NCBI GenBank assembly: GCA_905331295.1
Contig: CAJNYD010000056.1
Location: forward strand, 248,001-312,000
Direction of reading: 5' to 3'
DNA: 64,000 nucleotides
From: Rotaria socialis
Lineage: Eukaryota
The notes beneath the pieces are model-generated. The model ran no database searches and was not told the origin of the DNA. It was given only the letters and a program-made list of their open reading frames with translations. Position 1 is the stretch's first letter. Each line of letters starts with the position of its first letter. The translations under genes were made by a program, and so were the position numbers. Below, piece after piece: positions 51,645-63,893 of the stretch.

Positions 51645-53496
51645 CTAAGATCATTGAAATCAGAAGATGACTTTTTCATGATTCATACATTTGATATCCA
51701 TAATTGTTGAATTTGAACTAATGCACTATCAAGAGTATCAATAGCAGCGTTGAATTTTTGTTTTTCTGCTTCTAAATTTTGACAATCAATATTATATAAT
51801 ATGTCATGATTTTCAATTGTTGTTGTTGGTTGATCGAGCACACTTTCCTATTCGAAATTGAGATTGCAATAGAAAAATAGTAATATTCATTCTTCGCTTA
51901 CCATCCATTTCCAAAAGATATTTTCATGTTTATTCCAAAACAGAAATAAATTTAATTTTTCATCATCTTTCTCAAGTTCATTCAAATACTTAAATTAAAA
52001 AAGAGTTAATTCTCCATGAAAATAATCTAATTCAATTACTTGTGATATGAGATGAGGATATTGATAAAGTTCTAATTCGAATGATGACATTCGATCATTC
52101 TGTTGCAATTTTTTCTGTTCAATCGCTCGTAAACGAGAACGAATTTTTAAATTCGTACGTTTAACTTGTGTAATCTGTTCTATTAGATCATATTTGAGAC
52201 TTTGAAGTTCATCTGACTGTTAATATAAAATATAAAATATTTCCATAAAAACGGCCATAATAGTTCGAGTATACTTTATTCTTATTTGACATCGAATTTA
52301 GACATAGTTTTATACATTTATCAATGAATTTAGTATGATAAATGAGCCAACCCAAACAAACCAACAGTTGTCGACTACCCTTTTGCATGTTACTATCAAG
52401 TGATAAGAAATTATCATAAGTATAACCACGCTTATAGAGATCGTTTTTTATTAAATTAACGATCTCATCTAAAATAATTCAAATGCAATAAATTCAATTA
52501 GTACGAGTCTGAAATTATGTTTTGAATAGAAATCTATTTTTATATTCCTTTCGAAGCTAACATTATCTTTAACAGAGCTCCGAACAAGTCGGCTTTTTTC
52601 TAATATAGTCAATGCTGTAAGCTTACATTAATTTATCAAACAAGTTGGTGTTCTAGTAAAAGACGAGAATATCTAAATTTTTTGAAAAAAAAACTTTGCT
52701 ATCGATATTTGTTTTTCTAATTTAAAGAAATCTTCTATAACATAACACGATTCAATCATGAATTTGCAAAGGTATCAAGGGGGAAACGGCAGACTTGAAG
52801 TAGAAAAGTACATTAAAGTACTTTATTTGAAGTAAGCTTAAAGTAACTCAAAGTAGCTCAAAGTAGTCCAAAGTAGTACAAAGTAGCTTGAAGTAATTGC
52901 AAGTAACTTCAAGTGAATTTGAAGTTGAAAAGTACTTCAAAGTACTCTACTTGAAGTAAGCTTAAAGTAGCGCAAAGTAACCTAAAGTAGCACAAAGTAG
53001 CGCAAAGTACTTGAAGTACAAAAGTCTGCCGTTTCCCCCTTGAAAGGTATGCTCAAATAATGAGGCAATTGTAAAGAATTCAACACGCAGACTTTTGCTC
53101 GATATCACCGTTGAAAATATCCTAATCAGTTTTATTCGGATCGATTAATGAATAGAAGTTATATTCCTCTATGTATCTATTTATCTATTGATAGGTTCAA
53201 ATAGTCACACATTAAAATACCTTTCTGTGTTTGAGAAAATTTATCTTTGGTAATTTCTTGACTGGATGGATTTGAATCGAAATGAATTAGTTCATACATT
53301 AATTTCCATAACGGAACAGTCTAAAAGAATTTATAGTTACAAACATGTATTTGTTGTAATTCATATTGAATCTTACCGCTTCACTTTGATCATATTTAGC
53401 CAAACAAAACATTTCCGATGTAATCATCGAAAATCCATATGACGATAAAATCTGACAAAAGCAATTAATTACTGGACGGACTTCTTCTAATGACAT
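51645..53496 (-). CDS. TEDC1: Tubulin epsilon and delta complex protein 1-like (TEDC1/C14orf80); 3' end uncertain
   Basis: MSLEEVRPVINCFCQIL..ITSEMFCLAKYDQSEA|TVPLWKLMYELI..|..KRGY..FLSL..GSRQLLVCLGWLI..; later IFWKWM. This matches the recalled family pattern (FRxAKFD, LWxLL, GSRELLLALxWL, FWxWM). Confidence 0.75.
52776..53042. mobile_element. Intact MITE with perfect 21-bp TIRs and perfect 8-bp TSD (aaaggtat); interior of ~10-bp AAAGTA-based repeats
   Basis: aaaggtat|caagggggaaacggcagactt ... aagtctgccgtttcccccttg|aaaggtat. Confidence 0.95.
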
Positions 53497-53856
53497 TCTA
53501 AAGTAACACATATTCATTATTTATTTATTTTTAACAAAACAAAAAATCTTTCTTTTATTAATATATATATATATATATTTATGTATATATGTATAGAATT
53601 TTGTATGTTTAATAAATGAAAACAAAAGAAGCAATGAAAAAAAGAAAAAGAAAAGATTTTTGTTTCATACATCATATATCTCGCTCTATTATTCACTTAG
53701 AATAGAAAAAGAAAACAAACAAATAAACATGGAATATCCAGCTACCTAATCTAGGTCGCATAGAAAGAAATACAAAAACAAAACAAAAAAGGAAGGAAAA
53801 AATATACAAAAACAAAAGTGCACATGCAGGACTATATTTCTGTTTTTGATCATTGA

Positions 53857-56800
53857 TTAGGTTTTACTTTTTATTTCTGGTGTTATTGTTGAATTCGGAG
53901 TCCATTGTTGTGGATGTCGTGTCAGTATGAGATTCATAGAAGAACTGTTCATCGTAGGTAAATCAATAGAAGATGAATTTGATGAATGATTCGTGTTATT
54001 GGGTGGTGACGATGGTGCTGATATTATTTTACGACTACGACGTGATGATACACGTGTAGGAATAGTCACTTCAGGCTTTGTTGATTGTTGAGGAGATAAG
54101 CGACTGGAGATGAAACGTTTTATGAAGACAATCGTGAATGCAACAGAAAACCTTTACCTGCTACTGGAAGGTCGACCACGTTTTCCTTTAGTAGTAGCTG
54201 ATAAAGGTGAAATCGAGGGTGTTGGCGCGGGTGGATCACATGCAGAACATTGCCATGATCCATCTGGAATGGCTTCGAGACCAATACAATATGTATGATA
54301 CCCACGATCACATCGATCGCAGAACATCATATTAGCCTAGAAAGTAATAATAATATTTGATCGGTTCAATCATCAGATGCGAAACTTAGCAAAATACATC
54401 TAACTCATGCTAGTTTTTATGTTAAGTTACACTAAACGTCGTATTAAAGCTAATACTATGGATTTTCATTCGAATAAGTATCCTAGCGTTATAAATAGAA
54501 AGTCTTGCGATAATGATAAAATAAAAGTTTCATTATCAAAATAAAGTAGAATATCTATCAAACTCTTCTAATCTTGTTGAAACGTCTATCCGATTTTTTT
54601 AATAGTCTATAATGATAGAGATATTTACTAGTTGATTATAACTAAAGATTTAACAGTTAACTATAAAAAAAAAAAGCTACTATTTTAATTTATATATTTC
54701 TATACTAAAAGAATATATTCAAAACGCCAATCCTTTTAAAGAAGCAAAGACTGGTACACTCTATTTACCATGAAACAGTTTTTATATTAAATAAATCATT
54801 TGTTTTCTAAACTTACTTCGTCATGCGTTTTGTTACATTTAGCACAACTTTTACAGTCAATACATTGCCATTGATATGTTTTAATAATAGATAGCATATC
54901 ACTATTAGCTTCAAGACAAGTTGGATGAAACTGATGTTGACAACTAGCACACGTAACTAATTCTTCATCATGTTCGTCTTGTGTCATTTTACACCCATGA
55001 CATACAGCTGAGTGATTGTTTATTGAAATCGGTGTTGATGGTTTAACTAGACGAGAGGACGATGGCGTAGTAATAGCACCAATTCCATTGACTATTAGTG
55101 GTGATCTTGGAGTTGATGGGCGTTGTTGATTTGAAAGTAGAGGACGGTTGGTTGAACTGATTTCATCTTCTTCGTCACTTGATGCAGTCTAAAGAAAGAA
55201 AAACATTTATTCATAACACTATTGAACTTTTATGTTATTTTATTGCCGTGTCCTTGAAAAGGATAACATAGTATCTGAAAAATCAACAGTGTCCTAGAAA
55301 AAATTTGCCACATGACAGTCATTAGTATGGGCACACGGTCAATTTTTATCTATTCAATACTTTTTATTCAGTTTTTCTCGAAAATTTTCCTATAGAATTA
55401 TCTTTGAAGGTGCATCTTCTATAATAAAAAAAAACAGATTTTCAATTACTCGATATTTAGATTCAACATGCGAAAGAGCAATTAATCCAACAATAAAAAT
55501 GATGTGATAAAATATTGATAAGGACAAAAATAATTTATCTTTCGAAAATGCTTATCTAATCTGTATAGATGGTCTCGCGTATGCTTATTTACCTGCTGTG
55601 AAAATCGTTCCGTATGAATAAGTGACAGAGGTTTGGGATAATAATAAAGTGCTGTATTAATTGGCATATATTTCAATTCATCAGAATTATATTTTTTATA
55701 AGAATCTTGATATTGTCCAGGTAAAAGTGCTAATGGATAAGAGCCAATCTTGGTTAAATTCGAGGGTAGGCGAAATTGTCTATTTGCAGGATAATGTATT
55801 TGCTAGACAAATAGAAGAATACAAAAATTCAAATTTACGAACACCAAGAATATAAAATAACCAACCATAGTTTGAAGATCGAAACAAGCTTTACGCTCTT
55901 GAATTCGTTCTCGTTGTAGTTGTGCATTATAATCAACGACTGATCGTAATATATCTTGTCGAAATTTCTTCAAAATATATAGAAAAAACTGCAATTTTAA
56001 ACTCAAAACTAGAAAACAAAAGTTCATACAGAAACTCGACTTTTATCTCCATTTTCAGTGGGATTAACCGATGGACTATTCGATGTAGATATGGACGATT
56101 GATTTAAATTTGATAAAGATAAAATTGTTGTTAGACTACCATTCTTATTGTTTGCAAGTGCACGCCGTTTCTGTTGCCACACAGTATTGAATTGCTAAAA
56201 GAATTGAAAAGTCAATACACTAAGAGTTACATAAGGAATTCAACAACGAAAAAAATGAAAAGGTTCTATTTCAAAGAAGAGACAGTGTCAATTATCTATA
56301 AGCAGAATATTTCAGGTGTAGGATGTGAAAATAATTTTCTGTTCGGCCATGCTTTTCAGATTGTTAGTCACGGAAATTTCAGGAATTCAATCATATTTTG
56401 ATTTTATATTTTGCGTTCACTGTTCGAAAGCAAAACAGTTTCCACTTTTTTTTTTAGATAGGGAGTGTTAATATAAGCAGTTACTTTTATGGCACTTCAG
56501 TGCATTTTTAATTATTAAGAGAAACATTTAAACCAACAAAATTGACTTGTCGCTTTTTCTTATTGACAATCAGGAGATCGTTCATATCTAAAGAGTTCAT
56601 TTTCATAGAATGGTCAATATGAAATATTTCTCTTCGTTATGTGATAGATTGAGACAGACATATATCAGACTATTCTATTCTAAAATCATCATACATAGAG
56701 TAGGTTTTCGTGTGTGCCAAATAAAAGCTTCGTATTTCATTTAAATTTATTTTGCTCTGGAGAACTAGATTTTCATCTATCGAATCAAAAGATCTCATGA

Positions 56801-57565
56801 TGTGACTGTTACCAATGATAGATTCTGTAAGAGTAAAAATACCTTCTTCCTCGACACTCATAAACACCTTATGAAGAAGATACATAGAAATCAAGCATTG
56901 ACATTTAGTAACACTTACATGACATTTTTCTGGATAATCAGTTGACATAAGTTCTAAAACTTCATCAAGTTTAAGTGCTGTTAAACCAAGATCACATTGA
57001 GTTTCTGTGACAACATTTTGAGACTTTAAATATTCTCGTTCATGTAAATCAACAATACGCCGATAAATATCTATCAATAGCAAAGACATTGTTTTGTTGC
57101 TATTTACTTAAAAACAAAGAAACCAATACCAGGATATTTTCGTTTGAATGATTTGAGCGATAGATAATCACAAATTTGTTCTTGCAGTACATGTAAATCA
57201 GCATGAGGTTCGTCTGCTGGCCATCGATAGACATGTAATTTATCAGCAGATATATGTCGCCTAGAAAACAGAAAACTCTTAGTTTATAAAACGAAATACA
57301 TTGGTGTAAACAAAACAAACCCTAAACTTTGATCGATGTCTATTGTTGTTCGTCGTTTTCGACTTTTTTTCGTTGGTGTATCTGCTGTCGTAAGCGAATG
57401 ATTACTTTCGTTATTGTCATCTCGAGTCAAACTTGGCGACCGACTGCGTTTAAGAGGTTTACTTGTGGATTCAGTATGATTATAATTGATATGATTATTT
57501 ATTGAAGGTAAAATAGCAACGTCCGATGATGCTGTTACTGATGAATGCATTGAACTATTCATCAA
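53857..57565 (-). CDS. PHF10: PHD finger protein 10 (BAF45a/SAYP, PBAF subunit); about 8 exons
   Basis: SAY domain ([67 protein letters not shown]) and double PHD ([27 protein letters not shown]..|[31 protein letters not shown]). Confidence 0.93.
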
Positions 57566-57917
57566 TTAGTCTAAAGTTTAAATAGAAAAAAAAAACGTGT
57601 TTTCTTTGCCCTTCAATTCAATAAACGAGATACTATTGTATTGCCATTTCGAACTTATTCATGCCTCATTGAGGTGAACATTGTAACAGACGAGAAATAC
57701 CTTCTCGATGAAGAGAAACAAAAACCTTTTCTAAACATTTTATCATTCGAGATTCTTTTTAGTTTTATGCAGAAAAGAAAAAACATAACAAATAGAGGGC
57801 GCTAAGAGTTACGAGAATGCGTTGATAGTAGTGCAATAGCGCAAGTTAATATCATGTGTGATTCATCAGCTGAAAGTTGCGCTTTTACGTATGGTATTGA
57901 CACTAGTTATCGAGAAG
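57566..57917. promoter_or_regulatory. Putative bidirectional promoter between PHF10 (-) and TMEM107 (+)
   Basis: Head-to-head ATGs ~350 bp apart; PHF10 has a probable 5'UTR intron (~57572-57700). Positional inference only. Confidence 0.5.
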
Positions 57918-58592
57918 ATGTTACGAAACCATGGCAGCCGATCAAGCAATTCACCTAATTTTCAACAATTATATACAAGTCGCTTTGTACCATTATTTAT
58001 ACACTTGATTCTCTTAGTACTAGTTTTTGTTTTTCGAGTAAGTTATCCCCACACAAAAAAAGCATTAACGAAAAAGAAATGTTTTTAATTGAGTTTACCA
58101 ACTTTTCATTGAAATGTTTTCAAGTGATATTTTTTTCTTTATTTCTTCAGGATGATCTCGCAAGTAATTGTAGCACTAGTGATTATGCAGGTGCACCGAG
58201 TGCCCTCACATGGTAAGTAAATTTCGAATTGTATCTATCATGTTTATTAATTTTTTATTCGAACAGGTCCGACGGTTGGACAGGTGCATCACTTGGCTTA
58301 GTAGTGGTTGAAATGATTTTAGCACTATCGGGTTTATCTATCCTTCGACGCTACGCTATTTTTTTCTGTAAGATAATCTAGAATTTGAGTATGATTGAGT
58401 TATCGTTGATTATTTTTATTTTTAGCAATCGTATTACATTCAACAGCTTGCGTTCTCATAAGCGCTTATTTTATGTCGGATATCAGTATCTGTACGGGCT
58501 CACCTTATCTACTATTCTTTTGTACGTTTTTACCGTTGATTATTGAATTGATCAGTTGGATCGAAATGTTTGCATTTAACAAAGAACTGTGA
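57918..58592 (+). CDS. TMEM107: Transmembrane protein 107 (ciliary transition zone); 4 exons
   Basis: SRFVPLFIHLILLVLVFVFR|DD..|..ASLGLVVVEMILALSGLSI..|SIVLHSTACVLISAYF..LLFFCTFLPLIIELI. This parallels TMEM107 SRFLTLLAHL..SLGLFAVELAGFLSGVS..SIGAHCSA..FCSALP..E. Confidence 0.8.
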
Positions 58593-58736
58593 ATGCTTTT
58601 CTTGTCTGTTTCATTTTTTGTGTTCATAATTTGATCAATATTATTCCGTCCTTTAAATTTATATATTAAATGAAATTAGAATGTTGAGTTTTTCGTATTA
58701 ACGTTTAGATAATAACGTGTGTCTAACTTTTAGAGA

Positions 58737-59186
58737 ATGGCAACAGGAGAGCTTCCTTCTTATTCAGCCATTCCAACTGCTGATAGCTCAGCGTTGAACT
58801 CGTATGGCGCATTATCAAATTCAAACGACATAGAAGTATTACCATCAACTACAATTACTATTCAAACACCGGTGCATACTTATGAATGTGATTCTGCAAG
58901 CTCAAGTCCTCATAAAACTCCCAAAACTCCATGTTTGAAACCTCACCAATCTGAAACTATATTTGCTATATGTTTGTTTACACTCGGAGCTAGTTTATTA
59001 ATCTATGTTATTGTTTCATATTGGTTTACACATAGTCAAATATCTCCAATGATTATATTTATATGTGGTTTACTATGTTTTATACCTGGTTGTTATTATT
59101 TAGTTGAACATTATTGTTGTTTTTCACCATGTCAACGAAATCGTCGTCGACACTCGCCAATAGTCGATCAAGATGACAGCACTTAA
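58737..59186 (+). CDS. TMEM134/TMEM230 (DUF872) family two-pass membrane protein; intronless
   Basis: Disordered N-terminus, then IFAICLFTLGASLLIY..PMIIFICGLLCFIPGCYYL, matching the family GxLxFxPGxY motif. Confidence 0.7.
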   Translation: MATGELPSYSAIPTADSSALNSYGALSNSNDIEVLPSTTITIQTPVHTYECDSASSSPHKTPKTPCLKPHQSETIFAICLFTLGASLLIYVIVSYWFTHSQISPMIIFICGLLCFIPGCYYLVEHYCCFSPCQRNRRRHSPIVDQDDST

Positions 59187-59363
59187 ATCGTACAAAAACA
59201 AAATCTCGAAAAACTTCTTTTTCATTCTAAAATCTCTTATATATATATATATATACATGCATATATATCTACGTATTTTAACACATCTCATTTTTATCTC
59301 CTTATATAAAGAAACGTTGTTGGATTAAAAAAGCATCTATTATTTTGTATTTGATTTTTTTAG

Positions 59364-62300
59364 ATGAGTGTTATGAATTTCAACACAGATCTATTTCGTG
59401 ACTTAACATTTGATCTTCTATCGGATATTTCTCATGATTCAACAAAATTTGACGAATTAAATCAATCTTATTTAAATAAAATCCACGAACGCATCGATGG
59501 AGATGAGTTAATAAAATATACGAGAGAATTTTATGAGAAAATTCTTTGTAAGAAAATTTTAAAAGCAAAAGAATATGTATGAAATTGCATTTCCTTAGCA
59601 CTACAAATTGTACAAACAAATCGAAGAGCTCAACTAAAAGACTTAATGCACGGAAATATAGTCATAGTATATTTTTGGACATTTTCTGATATCCAGGTTT
59701 CGCATACAATCCACAAAGTGATTGGAATCGATAAGCGATATTCTAGTGCCGATGTAAGCTATGTTTAATCGAATTGAAATAGTTTTATATTTTTCCATAT
59801 TACAGGAATAAATATTATTTAAAACAGACTTCCGGATTTATATAAAAAATAGGATTTACTTTTAGTAAAGATTATTCAAATAGAAAAAATAAACTCATTG
59901 GATTCATATTTAAATCACATTATAAAATGGAGAAAATACATTTACTTTTGATTATCGCTCTCAAAATAGAGCATGTTGTATAAGAAATTTTTATCAGCGT
60001 ATTAATTTTCTCACATTTAATAAGTTTTCTATATTGTTATTATACACACTTATTATCAAGATACTAACAACCGTGGGAAGAATAAAATAATTATGCTAGC
60101 GAACCATCGATCGGAAACAATACTCGAAGTTGCGATTAAATGTGCGTTTTTATGTAAAAACAAATTTTGAATATCGAGATTTGAACTTATCAAAGGATAC
60201 TTTTGAAGAAAGTAGTGAGTTTAACTTTCATTTAGTGCTTCTGTGGTTTCTCTTTAACAGTTGATAACTAAGATCAGAAGCCAATCAGTGTATTTTCCTT
60301 GTAATGATGAAAGAAAAAGACCAACGGTCATATCATGCGTTGTCATAGCAGTCTTAGATAGGACACGTTGGTTCTGACTGCCAGAATTTCTAAGCTACGA
60401 GCAAAAATCGTGAACAATATTAGTAGTACGGCACTAACTCTTGTTCGAAATTCTAATAATTGTAATACATTCGTGTATGTTCTCAATGTTGTCTAAGTCA
60501 TTATATAAATTATAGTAAAAAACGTGTCAATTGGTGACATTGAGAAATAGTTGATATCTGTATTACTCAAGCCTATTACGATATGTAATAGTAAGTGAAG
60601 CTACTTTATTTTAGAAATGAACAGTAGGCTCATGCGTCAGTTAAATCCATGGTTAGAATAAGAATTATATTCGATTTAAAAAGTACTTTTTTGATGTAAT
60701 ATCTTAGGAATGCTATTATAGTCTTTCGTTAAATACAATAAGACAGATAACAGATTAGAGTTTAATATTTTAATCTGAAAGATGATTTAGTGATCTGTTT
60801 CGCTAAAAATTAATTGTAGAATTTGTTCTTTCAATCAGTTTAATAGAGATTAGGACTAGAAGATAGTGCAGTGTAGTCCCATCATAATCTATCTTGATGT
60901 AAATATTTTTATTTTTTCTTGTTTTTCCATATTTTTTAAGGTCACTGTTATTTGTGTTCATTCTCCGAAATATGACCACGAAAAAAATAAAGCTAATATT
61001 ATGCATGATATTGAAGAAAGATCACTTCCATTTACAGTCGTTGACGACAGTCGACGGCTTGTATGGAAACATGTTGACTGTCAACTTTGGCCAACAGTAC
61101 TTGTTTTCGGACCAGATTCACTACCAATATATATATTTGAAGGAGAAAATCACGTGCAACATCTTGAACGATTTCTTGTGCCTGTTTTTACTCATTATAA
61201 GTCAAGTTTATATCCAATTCTTAATAATTCACTGGCAACTACAAACTCATCTGAAAATGTAGCTACAATTAAAGCAGGTTAGAAGAATTATTTTAATTGT
61301 ATTTCAAAATTCAAATAGAGAATTCGCATATTTTATAGCTTCGAAAGTAAAAGACTTTAGATATCCAAGTCATATATGTGTAACTAGTAATGAACAATTA
61401 TATATTTCATTTGCTGGTTCAAATCAACTGGTTTTGTGCGACATCGATGGAAAAGTCATTGTAGGTGTATTTGTCAGAATTTTAAATAATAAAAAGAGTA
61501 TCTTCTAGGATATTATTGGTAATCGTAACGCTGGTATGGCTGATGGGGACATAAATCAAGCAGAATTCGATTCACCACATGGTCTTGCAGAGTTTAATAG
61601 CTGTATCTATATTGCTGATACCAATAATCATTCCATTCGTGTGGTAAGAAGATATTTAGAAAACTAAATAACAATTATTGATTTGATTTCTGATATAGTT
61701 TGATCCAAATTCACGTCGTGTACTTACAATGATTGGTACAGGTCGTTTAGGAACTGACAAAATTGGTGGTCTACAAAGAACTCAACAACCTATTGCTTCA
61801 CCCTGGGACTTATGTATTACAGAATCACCATGTAAGATTTATTATTTAAAAAAAATAGAGGATACAATCTGAAAAAATAATTATATAGGCCATTTATGCA
61901 AGGGGGAACAACAGACTCCATGACTCCAAGAAGATGGAGTCTCTCATTTTCCTCTTAACAGTATGACTCAGTGCCTGAAAGTTGAATTCTCATTACAGAA
62001 TAAACAGTTCAGCTTTGGGAATTCTACTTCCGGGTACTGAGTAATATTGTTCTGTTATGGGAAGTTTTTTGGACAGTTTCCGACAAAGAAGGAGACTAAT
62101 AACTATTTTATATAATGATACATATGGCAGAAAAAAGTAAAAACGTATCAGTTTCCCATTTCTATAATGGTTTTCTCGAGATCAGCAGGAATTTTGCGAT
62201 ACTTACTGTGACTCCAAGAGACTCCGTGTGATTACCTGGGATCCTACGTGATTCTATGCAACCAACTGGCTCCATGTGATTCCGGATGACTCCACTTGAC

Positions 62301-63893
62301 TCCGTTTGAGTGAGTCCACCTGACTACGAGGAGTTGGAGTCTGCTGTTTTCCCCTTGCATTGATGTGATCATTCCTTATTTTAATCCTTCAAATTAAAGT
62401 TGATTTTTAGAATTGAAAATAGAAAAAAATGCTTTTTTCAAATATTTACAAACAAATCGATCAATATGACTTTCAATTTTTTAGTTTTTTTGATCAAAGA
62501 TACTATAAGAAATTTCGAAAATGCCATGACAGAACACCATACGAAGTTCGCCGTGTATTGGCGTTAATTTAATTTCTATTGTGGGGTGATCACTTAGAGG
62601 AACTTCTAGACCTCTACAGAAGATCGTAGGTAGAAGATTCAGTTTCGTTTATCGACCGAAGAAAGATCCTCGATATATCATGAGGCGCTCATAAATATTG
62701 ATGATTAGTATATCGATGATGTAGATGTGGTTCGGATTTTCGACGCCTGTTTGAATGAACATATCTCAGCTTTTATTACAATCCATTGAATATATCATCA
62801 TTTTATTATTTTTCTTACTAGTCGACAGTAAGATAGTATTACTTATTTCAATGGCTGGCCATCATCAAATATGGGCATATGCTTTTGAAGAAACTCAATG
62901 GTGGAATGATGTGTATGTAAAATAAAGCATTATTTGAATTAATCGATTAACTTAATTTTTCTATTTAGTATATTAAAAAAGAATTCATGTTCATCAATAA
63001 TTGGAAGTGGCTTTGAAGAAAATAAAAATAGTTCTGAACCGATGAGTGCTGGTTTAGCATCACCACGTGGCATATGTAATGGTATAATGAATGAAGAGCC
63101 AGTTATATTTATTGCTGATAGTAATAGTTCGACTATACGTGTTGTTACACTTAACGATGGGCATGTAGCTAATTTAGTTGGCGGTGTTGCTGATCCAACA
63201 GTATCAGAGACGAAATTTTTATCTTTAGAATTGAATGTCTTTTCTTTTTTTAAATAGAATCTTGCTGCATTTGGTGATCTTGATGGTACTGGTCATCATG
63301 CCAAATTGCAGTATCCAATTGGTGTTGCATTTCATTACCCATCATCCTATTTGTATATAACGGATACATTTAATAATAAATTAAAACGTGTTGATATGAA
63401 AACTTTATTATGTTCAAGTTATTTTGCAACTGATGACGATATGAAAAAGAAACGTGGAGAAACGAATTCGTCTAAATTTTATGAACCATATGGTATAGCA
63501 ATATTGGATCATTTTCTATATGTTGCCGATAAAAATAATTCATACATCAAACGCATTGATCTTGATCATGGAACAATCATTGAAGTGAGTTTTTTTTATG
63601 CTATGCGATTATATATAGACTACCTAAAATAACATCACACATGAGTTGGATGAGATTTTATCCGACCGAAATCATTCTTTGAGTATGACAGATGAATGCT
63701 CTTGAGTGAAGCAAAAAGCTTATAACGAATTCTATATTCAAATTCTATATTATTTTAACGCAAAATTATTTTAAAAGCTCATGAATTCATTTCATACTCT
63801 AATTAGAACTAATCATTTTTCGGAATTTGTCTGTTTTATCAGATCTTTTTTGTAGACACAGATCTATCTCAAACTATATAGGTGTCAATTGTA
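59364..63893 (+). CDS. NHLRC2: NHL repeat-containing protein 2-like (thioredoxin-like domain plus NHL beta-propeller); last exon uncertain
   Basis: GNIVIVYFWT..|VICVHSPKYDHEK..VVDD..WPTVLVFGPD..EGENH; FRYPSH; AEFDSPHGL..IYIADTNNHSIR; QPIASPWDL; ISMAGHHQIW; FIADSNSSTIR; AFGDLDG..AKLQYPIGV..LYITDTFNNKLK; FYEPYGI..LYVADKNN. Confidence 0.9.
61899..62357. mobile_element. MITE of the same CAAGGGG TIR family, 8-bp TSD (catttatg/cattgatg); GACTCC-repeat subterminal arrays
   Basis: catttatg|caagggggaacaacagactcca ... tggagtctgctgttttccccttg|cattgatg. Confidence 0.88.

Noticed and set aside
52800..53020. Short periodic repeats that could be taken for a CRISPR array or satellite
   Set aside because: No unique spacers, eukaryotic context, and enclosed by TIRs and TSD, so this is MITE interior.
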